The notes beneath the pieces were generated by a model that worked only from the letters and a program-made list of their open reading frames with translations, ran no database searches and was not told where the DNA came from. This document shows, one piece after another, positions 33,210 to 44,089 of a stretch of DNA of 64,000 nt (position 1 is its first letter; each line of letters begins with the position of its first letter). Source of the DNA: Planktothrix sp. GU0601_MAG3. GTDB taxonomy: Bacteria > Cyanobacteriota > Cyanobacteriia > Cyanobacteriales > Microcoleaceae. The stretch lies in the NCBI GenBank assembly GCA_035193785.1, contig CP136572.1, positions 3,860,578 to 3,924,577 of the forward strand, read 5' to 3'. A program made the position numbers and the translations under genes.

Positions 33210-33329
33210 AAAATTGACATTCTCCCGACACTAACCCTCCCGATGGTGGGGGTCTTCTTGCTCCCATTTTTGATAAAATACCCCTAATATGAGGATAATA
33301 GGGATATCCGAACAGCATGGGACACAACA

Positions 33330-34589
33330 ATGGCTGGCCAAAAGCAAGATCCAAAACTGAGGCATATTGTTCTAACCTCTCACCCCACCACCTACGGCGC
33401 CAAACCCATCCCCATCCATTGGGGAAATGCCGACCCCGGCAAACGTGGCCCCCTGATTGGCACTCTCACCGATCCTAGCCATCGCAACGTCATTGGAACC
33501 CATTCGGGCTCCTATGCCATTTATCGGGCCTTAGCCGTCGTCCAGGGCAACCTAAAAACTGACCACCGCGCGGACTTAACCAACACTTCCCCCTTCGTAA
33601 AAATTGGCCCTTACCCCAGTTGGTCAGAGCCCGAGAAAATTGTCGCCCTCGATCCTTTTGGCGCGGTTATTGGGGAAGCATTTACTGAATATTTGGAAAA
33701 AGGCTATGATATTCGCCCCACCATTGCGATTACAAAAGCCCATATTAATATGCCAGAATTATATGATGCAGCCACAAAAGGAAGGTTAAAAATTGATGGC
33801 GAAATTATGAAGAAAAATGGTGATTTAGTAGTAACAAAAGCTGCAATTGAACCCGTTTGGTATCTACCTGGAATTGCCCATCGTTTAAAGGTGACAGAAA
33901 GTGATTTACGTCAAGCATTATTTGAACAGACCGGAGGAATGTTTCCTGAGTTAATTACTCGTCCTGATTTACAAGTATTTTTACCTCCGATTGGGGGAGT
34001 TACGGTTTATATTGTGGGGGATATTGCCGCGATTACTAATCCCGATCTTCCCGTTGCAGTTAGAGTCCATGATGAATGTAATGGATCGGATGTTTTTGGG
34101 TCAGATATTTGTACCTGTCGCCCCTATTTGGTGCATGGAATTGAAGAATGTATTAGAACAGCCCAGGAAGGCGGTGCTGGAGTAATTGTATACTATAGAA
34201 AAGAGGGACGAGCGTTAGGAGAAGTAACGAAGTTTTTAGTTTATAATGCACGGAAACGTCAAACGGGAGGCGATCGCGCGGATGCCTATTTTGAACGGAC
34301 AGAATGTGTGGCTGGGGTGCAAGATATGCGGTTTCAAGAGTTAATGCCGGATGTGTTACATTGGTTAGGAATTACTCGGATTGATCGGTTAGTTTCCATG
34401 AGTAATATGAAATATGATGCGATCGTAAATTCTGGGATTGAAGTGGTCAGACGAATTGCTATTCCTGATAATTTAATTCCGGCGGATGCTCAAGTGGAAA
34501 TTGAAGCGAAAAAAGCCGCCGGGTATTATACGGAAGGGGAAGTTTTAGACCCAGAAGGTTTACTCGGTATTAAAGGTCGAGACTATTAA
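33330..34589 (+). CDS. GTP cyclohydrolase II-like protein of the URC1/Urg1 family
   Basis: Long N-terminal domain with [12 protein letters not shown], plus [21 protein letters not shown] and [11 protein letters not shown]. Confidence 0.9.
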   Translation: MAGQKQDPKLRHIVLTSHPTTYGAKPIPIHWGNADPGKRGPLIGTLTDPSHRNVIGTHSGSYAIYRALAVVQGNLKTDHRADLTNTSPFVKIGPYPSWSEPEKIVALDPFGAVIGEAFTEYLEKGYDIRPTIAITKAHINMPELYDAATKGRLKIDGEIMKKNGDLVVTKAAIEPVWYLPGIAHRLKVTESDLRQALFEQTGGMFPELITRPDLQVFLPPIGGVTVYIVGDIAAITNPDLPVAVRVHDECNGSDVFGSDICTCRPYLVHGIEECIRTAQEGGAGVIVYYRKEGRALGEVTKFLVYNARKRQTGGDRADAYFERTECVAGVQDMRFQELMPDVLHWLGITRIDRLVSMSNMKYDAIVNSGIEVVRRIAIPDNLIPADAQVEIEAKKAAGYYTEGEVLDPEGLLGIKGRDY

Positions 34590-34635
34590 CCCGTTGTTGC
34601 GCTTCAGCGCACAAAATTCTAAGTTAATGGAAATT

Positions 34636-34862
34636 GGGAATTGGGAATTACGAATTACGAATTACGAATTACGAATTACGAATTACGAATGGGTAATAGC
34701 AAGAGTTTACTCCCCCTGCTCCCTCTGCTCCCCCTGCTCCCTCTGCTCCCTCTGCTCCCCCTGCTCCCTCTGCTCCCTCTGCTCCCCCTGCTCCCTCTGC
34801 TCCCCCTGCTCCCTCTGCTCCCCCTGCTCCCCCGGTTTCCCTGTTCCCTATTCCCTGTTCCC
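34636..34862. repeat. Tandem arrays: (GAATTAC)n heptamer followed by (CTCCC[C/T]CTG)n 9-mer
   Basis: Directly visible between the URC1-like and URC4-like genes. Confidence 0.95.
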
Positions 34863-34873
34863 TTAAGATTAAA

Positions 34874-36116
34874 ATGCAGAATCGAGAAAATTATTCAAAT
34901 GCGATCACCTATTTTCGTTCCCCTCAAGCAATTAGAGAACGTTGTAATTTTATATTTAATTTAGCCCTATCTGATCAACTACAACATTTTGTTTATCATC
35001 CAGAAAAGTTAGAATTTGTGGCTAATTTTGTTTTAGATAATATTACTCAAAACTATCCAGATCTCAATGTTCCTTTCCATTCTCGCTGGCGACATTTTGA
35101 AGTCGGTAATATTCCTAGAATTGCGAACTTACAAAAACAATTAAATGGTTTATCACGGTTAGAACAAACCCAAGCTAAACTTGATTTAGCCATTATTAGC
35201 GTATTACTAGATGCTGGAGCAGGGGAAAAATGGCATTATCAAGAATCAGAAACCGGGTTGATTTGGCGACGTTCTGAGGGGTTAGCCATTGCCAGTTATG
35301 AAATGTTTAGCCAGGGTTTATTTTCTGGTAATATTGAATATCCGTTTCAAGCCGACGCCCAGGGATTAATGAATTTAACGGAATCCCAATTAATCACCGG
35401 ATTTCAAGTGAATGAAAATAATTCTTTAACGGCAGTAAAAGGTAGATTAGAACTCTTAAAAAAACTCGGTGAAACCCTATCTAATTATCCGCATTTATTT
35501 GGAGAAAGTCAGCCCAGACCGGGGAAATTAGCGGATTATTTTTTAACCCAAACCCGAGACAATCAACTCAGTGCTGTTATTGTTTTAACTGCTATTTTAG
35601 AAGGATTAGGAGAAATTTGGCCGGGAAGATTAACTTTAAATCAAGTAAATTTAGGAGATGTTTGGTATTATTCAGGGTTAGAAGCCCTAGACTCGGAATA
35701 TCCCTTTGTTCCCTTCCATAAATTATCCCAATGGTTAACCTATTCTTTACTTGAACCTTTACAGGATTTAGGATTAGAAATTATTGATTTAGATCAATTA
35801 ACTGGATTAGCAGAATATCGCAACGGGGGATTAATTTTAGATTTGGGATTATTGGAATTAAAAGATAATAATTTATCGAAAAAATTACACAAACCTGATT
35901 CTAATGTTATTATAGAATGGCGATCGCTCACAATTATTATACTCGATAAAATCGCAGAAATCATTCGTCAAAAATTAAATTTCACCCCCCAAGAATTTCC
36001 CCTGATTAAAGTCTTACAAGGAGGCACCTGGAATGCTGGACGGGAAATCGCAAAACAACAGCGTTTTGATGGTTCTCCCCCCCTCAAATTAGAGAGTGAT
36101 GGAAACCGTATTCTAA
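34874..36116 (+). CDS. URC4/Urg3 (DUF1688) family protein (apparent frameshift near 36104)
   Basis: PFHSRWRHF, SVLLDAGAG, RSEGLA, FHKLSQWLTYSL and EYRNGG. The repair gives the conserved end SDGTVF*. Confidence 0.9.
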
Positions 36117-36778
36117 TTCCCTGCATTTTGCCACTGACTCACCAAAGAAATCGCCCCAATCAAAATTTTATGCTCTTGAATTTGAATTCGGGCGTGTAAA
36201 GTTTCGGGGGTATCATCGGATAAAATAGGAACCGCCGCTTGCATCAAAATTGGGCCCCTATCGACTTCTAACTCTACTAAATGAACACTACAGCCTGTAA
36301 TTTTTACCTGGGCTTCTAAGGCCTGTTCTACCCCCCTAATCCCCGGAAAACTCGGTAATAAACTCGGATGTAAATTAATAATTTTATGGGGGAAAGCATC
36401 CACTAAAACTTGCGTAACAATTCGCATCCACCCAGCAAAGACAATCCAATCCACATCATGTTCTTTTAAGGTTTGAACAATTGCTTGATCTAAATCTTGC
36501 CTTTTTTTATAATTACGATGGTTTAAAAGAATAGTTTTGACTCCAAACCTTGCCGCCCTGTCTATCACTTTAGCCTCGGGGTTATTATAAATTAAAACCT
36601 GAATTTTGGCATTGAGTTGTTGATCTTTTATGGCTTGAGCGATCGCCTCAAAGTTCGTGCCACTTCCAGAGGCTAAAACTCCAATTTTTACCGGAGATCC
36701 CTGCACAAATAAAGGGGAGGGAATCGCTGGAGAAATCAAACAGGATGTGGAGTCAATTTCGGTCATTTTCCTATTCAT
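36113..36778 (-). CDS. purN: Phosphoribosylglycinamide formyltransferase
   Basis: LASGSGTNF, AGWMRI and INLHPSLLPSFPG. Confidence 0.95.
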   Translation of the reverse strand: MNRKMTEIDSTSCLISPAIPSPLFVQGSPVKIGVLASGSGTNFEAIAQAIKDQQLNAKIQVLIYNNPEAKVIDRAARFGVKTILLNHRNYKKRQDLDQAIVQTLKEHDVDWIVFAGWMRIVTQVLVDAFPHKIINLHPSLLPSFPGIRGVEQALEAQVKITGCSVHLVELEVDRGPILMQAAVPILSDDTPETLHARIQIQEHKILIGAISLVSQWQNAGN

Positions 36779-36868
36779 TGCAGGTTTTACCTGGATATAA
36801 ATTCACCCAACTATTGTAAAATACTTTTATGATACTTTTATGAAACTTTATCAAAATTGATTCAGGTT

Positions 36869-37771
36869 ATGGCTTCTTCACCAGGTTCTCAGAAACAGCT
36901 TTTGGATCAAGATGCTATTATGGCTTGGATTTTTCTTGCCCCGGCTTTATTGCTGATGGGGATATTTATTCTCGGGCCAATTCTCTATTTATTTTACCTG
37001 AGTTTCACCCAAGGAAGTTTTACCCGTTCGGGAGTTCATGGAGTGGGACTAAATAATTATATTCGTCTATTTCTGAGTCCCGATTTCTGGCAAGTTTTAT
37101 TTAATACTGCTTATTTTACCCTGGGAACAGTAATTCCTAGTTTAATTATTTCTTTGGCTTTAGCGGTACTTTTAGATCGAACTTTTGCTCTCCGAGATAT
37201 CCTGAAAACCGCCTATTTTATCCCCTCAATTACTTCTTTAGTGGCGGTCGGATTAGGATGGCGTTGGTTATTTCAAACCCAGGGGCCAGTTAATGGACTA
37301 TTAGCCCAATTAGGACTTGATCCGATTCCTTGGTTAAGTAGTACAACCTGGGCAATGCCAGTGTTAATTTTACTCAGTATTTGGAAACAATTGGGCTTTA
37401 ATTTAGTTGTATTTTCAGCCGGGTTACAAACTATTCCCCAAAGTCGATATGAAGCGGCTCAATTAGACGGAGCAAATCCTTGGCAACAATTTCTATATAT
37501 TACTTTACCCGGGTTACAACCAACAATAGTTTTTGCCACAGTAACCACCGCTATTTTTACTTTAAAAAGTTTTGAACAGGCTTATATAATTACGGGTGGT
37601 GGCCCGTTAAATTCGACCAATGTTTTAGTGTATTATATTTATGATCAAGCCTTTTCTCAATTTGATTTTGGCTATGCAGCGGCGGCGGCCAGTATTTTAT
37701 TAGTGATCGCTTTAATTTTAGTTTATATTCAACTCAAACTGTTTGAAGAAAACGAATCTATAAACAATTAG
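36869..37771 (+). CDS. Carbohydrate ABC transporter permease
   Basis: EAA loop YEAAQLDGANPWQQF and six TM segments. Confidence 0.92.
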   Translation: MASSPGSQKQLLDQDAIMAWIFLAPALLLMGIFILGPILYLFYLSFTQGSFTRSGVHGVGLNNYIRLFLSPDFWQVLFNTAYFTLGTVIPSLIISLALAVLLDRTFALRDILKTAYFIPSITSLVAVGLGWRWLFQTQGPVNGLLAQLGLDPIPWLSSTTWAMPVLILLSIWKQLGFNLVVFSAGLQTIPQSRYEAAQLDGANPWQQFLYITLPGLQPTIVFATVTTAIFTLKSFEQAYIITGGGPLNSTNVLVYYIYDQAFSQFDFGYAAAAASILLVIALILVYIQLKLFEENESINN

Positions 37772-39228
37772 CACAGAGAATTCCTGACGCAGCAACCGCA
37801 GGAACTCCAATTCCAGGTTGGGTACTATCTCCCACTAAATATAGGCCTTGAATCGGGGTAAACGGCCCAGGAAATGTACCTTTTCCCGCCCTAATAGCGG
37901 GGCCATAAGTCCCTTGATGCCGCCGTAAAAACCGAGCATGGGTGAGGGGAGTGCCAATTAATTCTAGGGTAATTCGTTGACGCAAATCGGGAATAACTTT
38001 TTCTAAAGCTCGATAGAGAGGTGCGGCTTTTTCCTGTTTTTTCTGAGAATAAAACTGATCTTTTGACCATCCCGCAAAAGGTTCTAAAGTATAAGCATGA
38101 ACCACATGATATCCGGCTGGAGCTAAGTTTTGATCCCAAACCGAAGGAATCGAAATCATACAGGTATTGCCCGGAATCGTAATATCAATATTGCTATCAT
38201 GCACCACAACATGATGCCCCGTTAACCCCTCTAACCCGGCGGATTTGATGCCGAGATGCAAGTGCATAAAACTATCAATAGCTGGGGTATTTAAACAGTT
38301 ATTTCGATAGGTTTCTGGTAAATCTTCCGCCTCTAATAGATGGGTATAGGTATCCCAAATTGTGGCATTAGAAATTACAATTGGGGCGTGAAATTCTTCT
38401 CCTTTTCGAGTTTGCACACCATAGACTTTTCCTGATTTGACTAAAATTTTATTAACCGGAGTTCCTAACTGAATCTTGCCTCCAAATTTAGTCAATCCTC
38501 GGACTAAGGCTTGAACAATTGCTTGACTCCCACCGATAGGATATTCAATGGCAGAGTTAATCCGTTCTCCAAACATAAAAGCTACCTCTGGAGTCACCGT
38601 GGCTTCAGCTTTTAATCCCGACAATAAAAAACATTCTAAATCAATTAATCGCCTCACCCAAGGGTCTTGAATTGTTTGCTCAATAATTTGACCGACAGAA
38701 ACCAGAAATATCTGCCAATAAAGGCAGTAATTTTAATACAGAAAAGCCATAATTAGTGATTAATTTAGGAATCACTTTCCAGTCTGCCCGTAACTCAATG
38801 GCGGGAATTTCTTTTAATCCTTGATAGACTTTAATTAAGCGTTTTTCAAACTCAGCAAATTCCAGCGCCCCCGAGGGGGAAAATTCGGCAATGGCCCCTC
38901 GGTAAAGCTCACTATTGCCATAAACCGCTAAACGACCTTCGGGAAAATGATAGTGTCCCAGGGGGTCATAGGCCACGGTTTCCAGGGATTCCCCCAAACG
39001 GGTCAGGACTTGGGACAAGGGGTTTAAACCCTGGGAATCACTCAGGCCACAATAAAACGATGGCCCGGAGTCAAAGTGGAAACCTTGACGAGAAAAACCT
39101 TGGGCAGCCCCACCGGGCAAGCTGTGGCCCTCTAAAATCAATACTTGTTTACCAGAATGAGCTAAAAGCCCCCCGGCCACTAGGCCGCCAATTCCACTGC
39201 CAATGACAATTCCATCAAAACTTTGCAT
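37758..39228 (-). CDS. Phytoene desaturase/carotenoid isomerase-like FAD oxidoreductase (apparent frameshift near 38700)
   Basis: GSGIGG, FDSGPS, GTPLTH and GDSTQPGIGVPAVAASG. Confidence 0.88.
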
Positions 39229-39537
39229 CCGTATAAATTCGCAGGTAGGGGAGTAGCAAAAAATCCCACAGCTATTTCAATAAAAAATAGCGTAAAATAA
39301 TATATTAGGGTGCTACGGATCAAAATTATATTCTAGGACGGGAGAATCAAAAATGGTCAGTCAAAAATAGAAATTTTGGTTTTTAGAATTAAAATGTGTT
39401 TGAGCGGATCATCAGGGATTTTGCATTTTGTTTTGAATATTCCTTTAACCGGATGTACTCCGTTATTTCCCAGACCCTCGTGCCGGATACCCCTAAGTCA
39501 CTTCCCACAGTGTTGACTTTCTGTATTGGAGACCCAA

Positions 39538-41190
39538 ATGCCAACCCCATCCCGCCTAAATGAAATTGCTCAAAATTTAGAAATCGATCCGAATATTGCC
39601 CGGATTAAGAAAGTTCTGTTATGTGCCTATAGTGGAAAATGGGAAAATGATTCCCATATCCTAGAGAGTATTAATTTGAATATTTTACTCCAAAATATTT
39701 ATCAAAAACACCCCCAATTTGAACCGCTTAAAATTATTCTAAATAATATTCTATCTCGTCTAAATAAAAAAAATGAATATAATCTAGTTTTAGAGAAGAT
39801 TGAAGCCCAGATTAGTCAACTTTATATTCAGTCTGACCCGAGAGAAGTTTCCGCAGCCAATCAACTCTCAATTACTGCTTCAGAAACTATAAAAATTAGT
39901 CCAGAGGAGTTAAATTCCCTATCTTCAGCCTATTTGAGTCAGGGTATTCCCGCCCGTCAGATTCGCAATATATCAAATTTATTTGATTTGCGGTTTAAAA
40001 TCATGCAGCATACCAATCCTTTACGGGCAAAACTGGTAATTTTTTCGAGTTTAGAACGGGAATTTAACTATAGAGATGAAGATTGGTCACAACTCAAAAA
40101 TCAAAGTCTCGATGATTTACTGCACGAACTTTTACAAACTTTTCCTAACTTAGAACGGCTAAAATCCCATCTTTATAAGATGGCAGAATATTTAGAAGAT
40201 ACGGACGAAAATATTCAAGTGGTGACGGTGATTTTAGATGCCCTCAACCCCTATTATGAAACCAAAGCTAAATCCCATGCAGATTCGGGCTTTAATCATT
40301 CTCCTGGGAATACAGTTGCCCCCCGTTCTTCAATTTTGCAGCAGCATTTTTCAAATAATAATGCCATTGATATTAATGAAAGTGAAACCGTGCATTTATT
40401 ACCCCCCAATCCCCCAGAATTGGGGTTAGGTTTGCCAAAAACCCAACATTTTACTACAATTAGCGAGAGTAGTTTTTCTGATTTCACTTCCGCCACCGCC
40501 TTTAGTAATATTGATATTCCACCCACGGACTCAGGAGAAATGAGTGATGATATCAGAAAAAAGCTAATTCTGGAGCAAGAAGTTGAGCAAATTGTGGGAC
40601 ATAGTGTGGCAGATAGCTTGGTGCCATTAACCACTATTTTAAAACATTTGGAACTGGCCCTAAATGAACAATTAAAAAGTCATCCCCCTGAAATTCAGTT
40701 AGAGATTAAATATAAATCTTTAAGACGATTTATTCATGTCCTGCAAACTAAAGTTGGAGATTTAGCAGCGGTACTGCATCAATCGGAAGTGGAAGAACAG
40801 CAACGATTATCTCAGCATAAGGCCACAATAGTCATTCCGAGCGAAGACCCAGACCACCTAGAGCCGCGACTAAATCAACACCAATTATTAGAACTGGCTA
40901 AACGGGGTCATGCAAAAGCAATCGCAACGGTAATTAGCCAATCTCTCAGACTCCAAGGAATTAACACCCTCACCAAATCAAAAGAGGGCTGTCTGCACAT
41001 TATACTAGAGTCAGATCAGGTGCCAAATCAAGCCTCTATGAGTCAATTCGTCCATCAAAAATTGCTGAATTTGAAAATTCAATCGATTCAGAAGGTCAAA
41101 GTTTACGCTCGAACTCCTGGTAGTAAGTCAATGGCTTGGGTTCAAGAATTTACCTATACGGGAAACTCAAAGATAATCAATCATGGATGA
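39538..41190 (+). CDS. Hypothetical multi-domain protein
   Basis: ORF of about 550 aa ending in a LELAKRGHAKAIA..GCLHIILE..VKVYAR..W domain; overlaps the next gene. Confidence 0.75.
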   Translation: MPTPSRLNEIAQNLEIDPNIARIKKVLLCAYSGKWENDSHILESINLNILLQNIYQKHPQFEPLKIILNNILSRLNKKNEYNLVLEKIEAQISQLYIQSDPREVSAANQLSITASETIKISPEELNSLSSAYLSQGIPARQIRNISNLFDLRFKIMQHTNPLRAKLVIFSSLEREFNYRDEDWSQLKNQSLDDLLHELLQTFPNLERLKSHLYKMAEYLEDTDENIQVVTVILDALNPYYETKAKSHADSGFNHSPGNTVAPRSSILQQHFSNNNAIDINESETVHLLPPNPPELGLGLPKTQHFTTISESSFSDFTSATAFSNIDIPPTDSGEMSDDIRKKLILEQEVEQIVGHSVADSLVPLTTILKHLELALNEQLKSHPPEIQLEIKYKSLRRFIHVLQTKVGDLAAVLHQSEVEEQQRLSQHKATIVIPSEDPDHLEPRLNQHQLLELAKRGHAKAIATVISQSLRLQGINTLTKSKEGCLHIILESDQVPNQASMSQFVHQKLLNLKIQSIQKVKVYARTPGSKSMAWVQEFTYTGNSKIINHG

Positions 41191-42178
41191 GGAAACACTA
41201 CTCGAACAGTATCGAGCCGGACAAAAAAACTTTAAAGGGCTGAATTTAAGGAGTGCTGAACTAAGTCGTGTGGACTTAATTGGTGCCAATTTAAGTGGTG
41301 CAGATTTGCAAGGGTCTAACTTTGTTTTAGCCTATTTGAATGGGACTAATTTTTCCCGGGCTAATCTGAGGGGAGTGAGGTTTAATGGAGCAATTTTAAA
41401 TAAAGCGAATTTAAGCAGTGCTAACCTGAATGATGCCGAATTTCATGGCACAAATTTACAAGGAGCAGATTTTCGGAAAGCCAATTTAGCCCTGGCAACG
41501 TTATTAGATGCCAACCTGATTCAAGCGGATTTAAGAGGGGCAAATTTACAAGGGGCTGACCTGAGAGGCGCCTGTTTACGGGGGGCAAATCTGCGCTATG
41601 AACCCAGAATTTATGAAAGCGTGAATTTGCGCGGGGCAGATTTACGAGGAACGGATTTACAGGGGGTAAATTTAACCGGGGCTGATTTGACTCGGGCAAA
41701 TTTAAGCGGAGCTAATTTAACCGAAACCGTCTTAAAAGGAGCGATTTTAAGTCAAGCAAACTTGAGCCAAGCTAACTTACAATCTGCATTTTTAACCGAA
41801 GCAAATCTCACCGAAGCTAACTTAATTGGAGCCAATTTAAAAAAGGTAAAATTAGAACGGGCGATTTTAATTGATGCCCAATTACCCGGGGTAGAATTGT
41901 GTGATGCGATTCTCCCCGATGCCCAACTGAGTAATGCTAATTTGAGTAATGCTGATTTGAGTCGAGCCAATTTAGTTCGCGCCGATTTAACCCGAACCAA
42001 TATGAATGGAGCCAATCTCACTCAAGCAGATTTAACCGATGCTTCCGTTGCTCGAACTAACTTAAGAAATGCGAATTTAAGTTATACCTATTTAACTCGT
42101 GTAGAATTTAGTAGTGCGAATACCGCCGGAGCCACTTTGCACGGGGCAATCATGCCCAATGGTGAAATTCATGATTAA
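41183..42178 (+). CDS. Pentapeptide repeat protein
   Basis: A[N/D]Lxx repeats throughout; ends MPNGEIHD. Confidence 0.96.
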   Translation: MDEETLLEQYRAGQKNFKGLNLRSAELSRVDLIGANLSGADLQGSNFVLAYLNGTNFSRANLRGVRFNGAILNKANLSSANLNDAEFHGTNLQGADFRKANLALATLLDANLIQADLRGANLQGADLRGACLRGANLRYEPRIYESVNLRGADLRGTDLQGVNLTGADLTRANLSGANLTETVLKGAILSQANLSQANLQSAFLTEANLTEANLIGANLKKVKLERAILIDAQLPGVELCDAILPDAQLSNANLSNADLSRANLVRADLTRTNMNGANLTQADLTDASVARTNLRNANLSYTYLTRVEFSSANTAGATLHGAIMPNGEIHD

Positions 42179-42574
42179 GAATTAATTCCTTTTTTGCCAT
42201 CTTGTCGTCCTAATTCATAAATTCCCCCACTGATACAAGCAATGATTCCCATACTAATTGACCAACTTTTATCTAAACCAATCTCAATTCCCCAATTACA
42301 TACAAATCCCAAAATTAAAAAGGGAAACAATACTAAATAAAGACGCATAAAACGCATTTTGAGATTCTCGGGCTTGGCGAGTCCGTTCATATTCAGCTTC
42401 CGAGGGATATAACATTCTTTCTGCATAATTAAACCAACGATTTAATTGATGGGTTACCCATTCACCCACCGGAGAAAAGCCCCAATACAATGCTAAAGAC
42501 CAGAGGGTTGCCCCGGCAATCAATTTGGGGTCAAAATGGAATTGGAAGGGAAAAATATCGAACAACATGGACAT
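42175..42574 (-). CDS. Conserved hypothetical membrane protein (apparent frameshift near 42326)
   Basis: The repair gives NAFYASLFSIVPFLILGFVCNWG...GIYELGRQDG. Confidence 0.8.
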
Positions 42575-42655
42575 AAAATCTAAGATATTACAGAGGTTTC
42601 CCTATTGTAATTGAAAAAATTGCTAAAATAGATAGGGAAGTTGTAATCAAGTGAT

Positions 42656-42823
42656 ATGAACATTATTCGTTTAATTGCCGCTGTGTTTTTGCCGCCCTTG
42701 GGCGTTTTTTTGACCGTTGGTTTTGGGGGAGCCTTTTGGCTGAATATTCTCCTAACCCTGCTGGGATTTATTCCCGGGATTGTTCACGCCGTTTGGATAA
42801 TTGCCAAAAACGATCAAAATTAA
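42656..42823 (+). CDS. YqaE/Pmp3 family small membrane protein (not in the ORF track)
   Basis: MNIIRLIAAVFLPPLGVFLTVGFGGAFWLNILLTLLGFIPGIVHAVWIIAKNDQN, 55 aa. Confidence 0.93.
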   Translation: MNIIRLIAAVFLPPLGVFLTVGFGGAFWLNILLTLLGFIPGIVHAVWIIAKNDQN

Positions 42824-42975
42824 CCGGGGTCTGCCCCAACTCCTCCTATTTCTATCCTCATTCTAAAAATGGGAGTAGTTTCTGTTAATCAGTTATCAAG
42901 TATCCCCATTATCAGTTATCAGTTATTCATGTTATTCTGATGAAAAACAATTAAACCCTGACCACCTAAGCTATA

Positions 42976-44041
42976 ATGGAAACACTCACTCAAAAAATTC
43001 TGATTCAACAAACCGAAAGCTCCCGTCTTTCTCCAGAAATCTTACATAATATTCCCTTTGGTCGAGTCTTCAGTGACCATATTTTTATTGCCACCTATGA
43101 TAATGGGACTTGGCAGGATTTGAAAATCATGCCCTATGGCAATTTAAGCCTGACTCCAGCCATGGCAGTTCTGCACTATGGTCAGGCTGTTTTTGAAGGG
43201 ATGAAAGCCTATAAAAGTGCCGCGGGAGAAACTTTAATCTTTAGACCCGATGCTAATTTTAGACGGATTAATCAATCGGCTAATCGACTTTGTATGCCCC
43301 CGATTCCTGAATCAGTTTTCATGGAAGGATTAACGGAATTAATTCGTTTAGATTCCGGTTGGATTCCTGAATCCGAGGGAAGTTTATATATTCGGCCGTT
43401 GTATTTTGCCACCGATGAATTTATTGGTTTAAAACCTTCAACTCGCTATACTTTTATTATTATGAGTTGCCCCGTGGGAGCCTATTATTCTGAACCGGTT
43501 AAATTAATCGTCACGGATAAATATATTAGAGCCTGTGAAGGGGGAACCGGGGCGGCAAAATGTGCGGGAAATTATGCCGCTAGTTTATTAGCTGATAAAG
43601 AAGCTAAGGCCCTAGGTTATGATAATGTGATTTGGCTCGATGGTGTCCACAAAAAATATGTGGAAGAATGTGGAAACCATGAACTTAGCGTTTGTGATTA
43701 ATGATGTAGTGGTTACGCCTCAATTAACCGGAACTATTTTAGAAGGAATTACCCGCGATAGTGTGTTAAGGTTATTTCGAGATCAAGGGGTACAAGTGGA
43801 AGAACGGTTAATTTCTATAGAAGAAGTGGCGGCAGCCCATGACCAAGGGATTTTACAAGAGGCTTTTGGCATGGGAACCGCAGCTACCATTGCCCAGGTT
43901 GCTAAAATTGGATATCAGGGACGGGATTTAGTTTTACCTCCGATTTCTGAACGGAAATATGCCCAATCTATTTTAGAACAATTGGAAGCTATTAAAACCG
44001 GAAAAACACCCGATCCCTATAATTGGATTTGTAAAATTTAA
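42976..44041 (+). CDS. ilvE: Branched-chain amino acid aminotransferase (apparent frameshift near 43675)
   Basis: LHYGQAVFEGMKAY, SLYIRP, AKCAGNY, repaired EECGTMN and ILEGITRDS. Confidence 0.93.
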
Positions 44042-44089
44042 CCAAAAAAGGTGGGTCTGAACCCACCCCACCCAGACCCCACGGAATCC

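Noticed and set aside
34594..34964. ORFs of 90 and 107 aa (CSPCSL / LLPLLP repeats)
   Set aside because: They are translations of the 7-mer and 9-mer tandem arrays.
41421..42021. Antisense ORFs within the pentapeptide repeat gene, and similar short shadow ORFs elsewhere
   Set aside because: They fully overlap well-supported genes and have no independent features.
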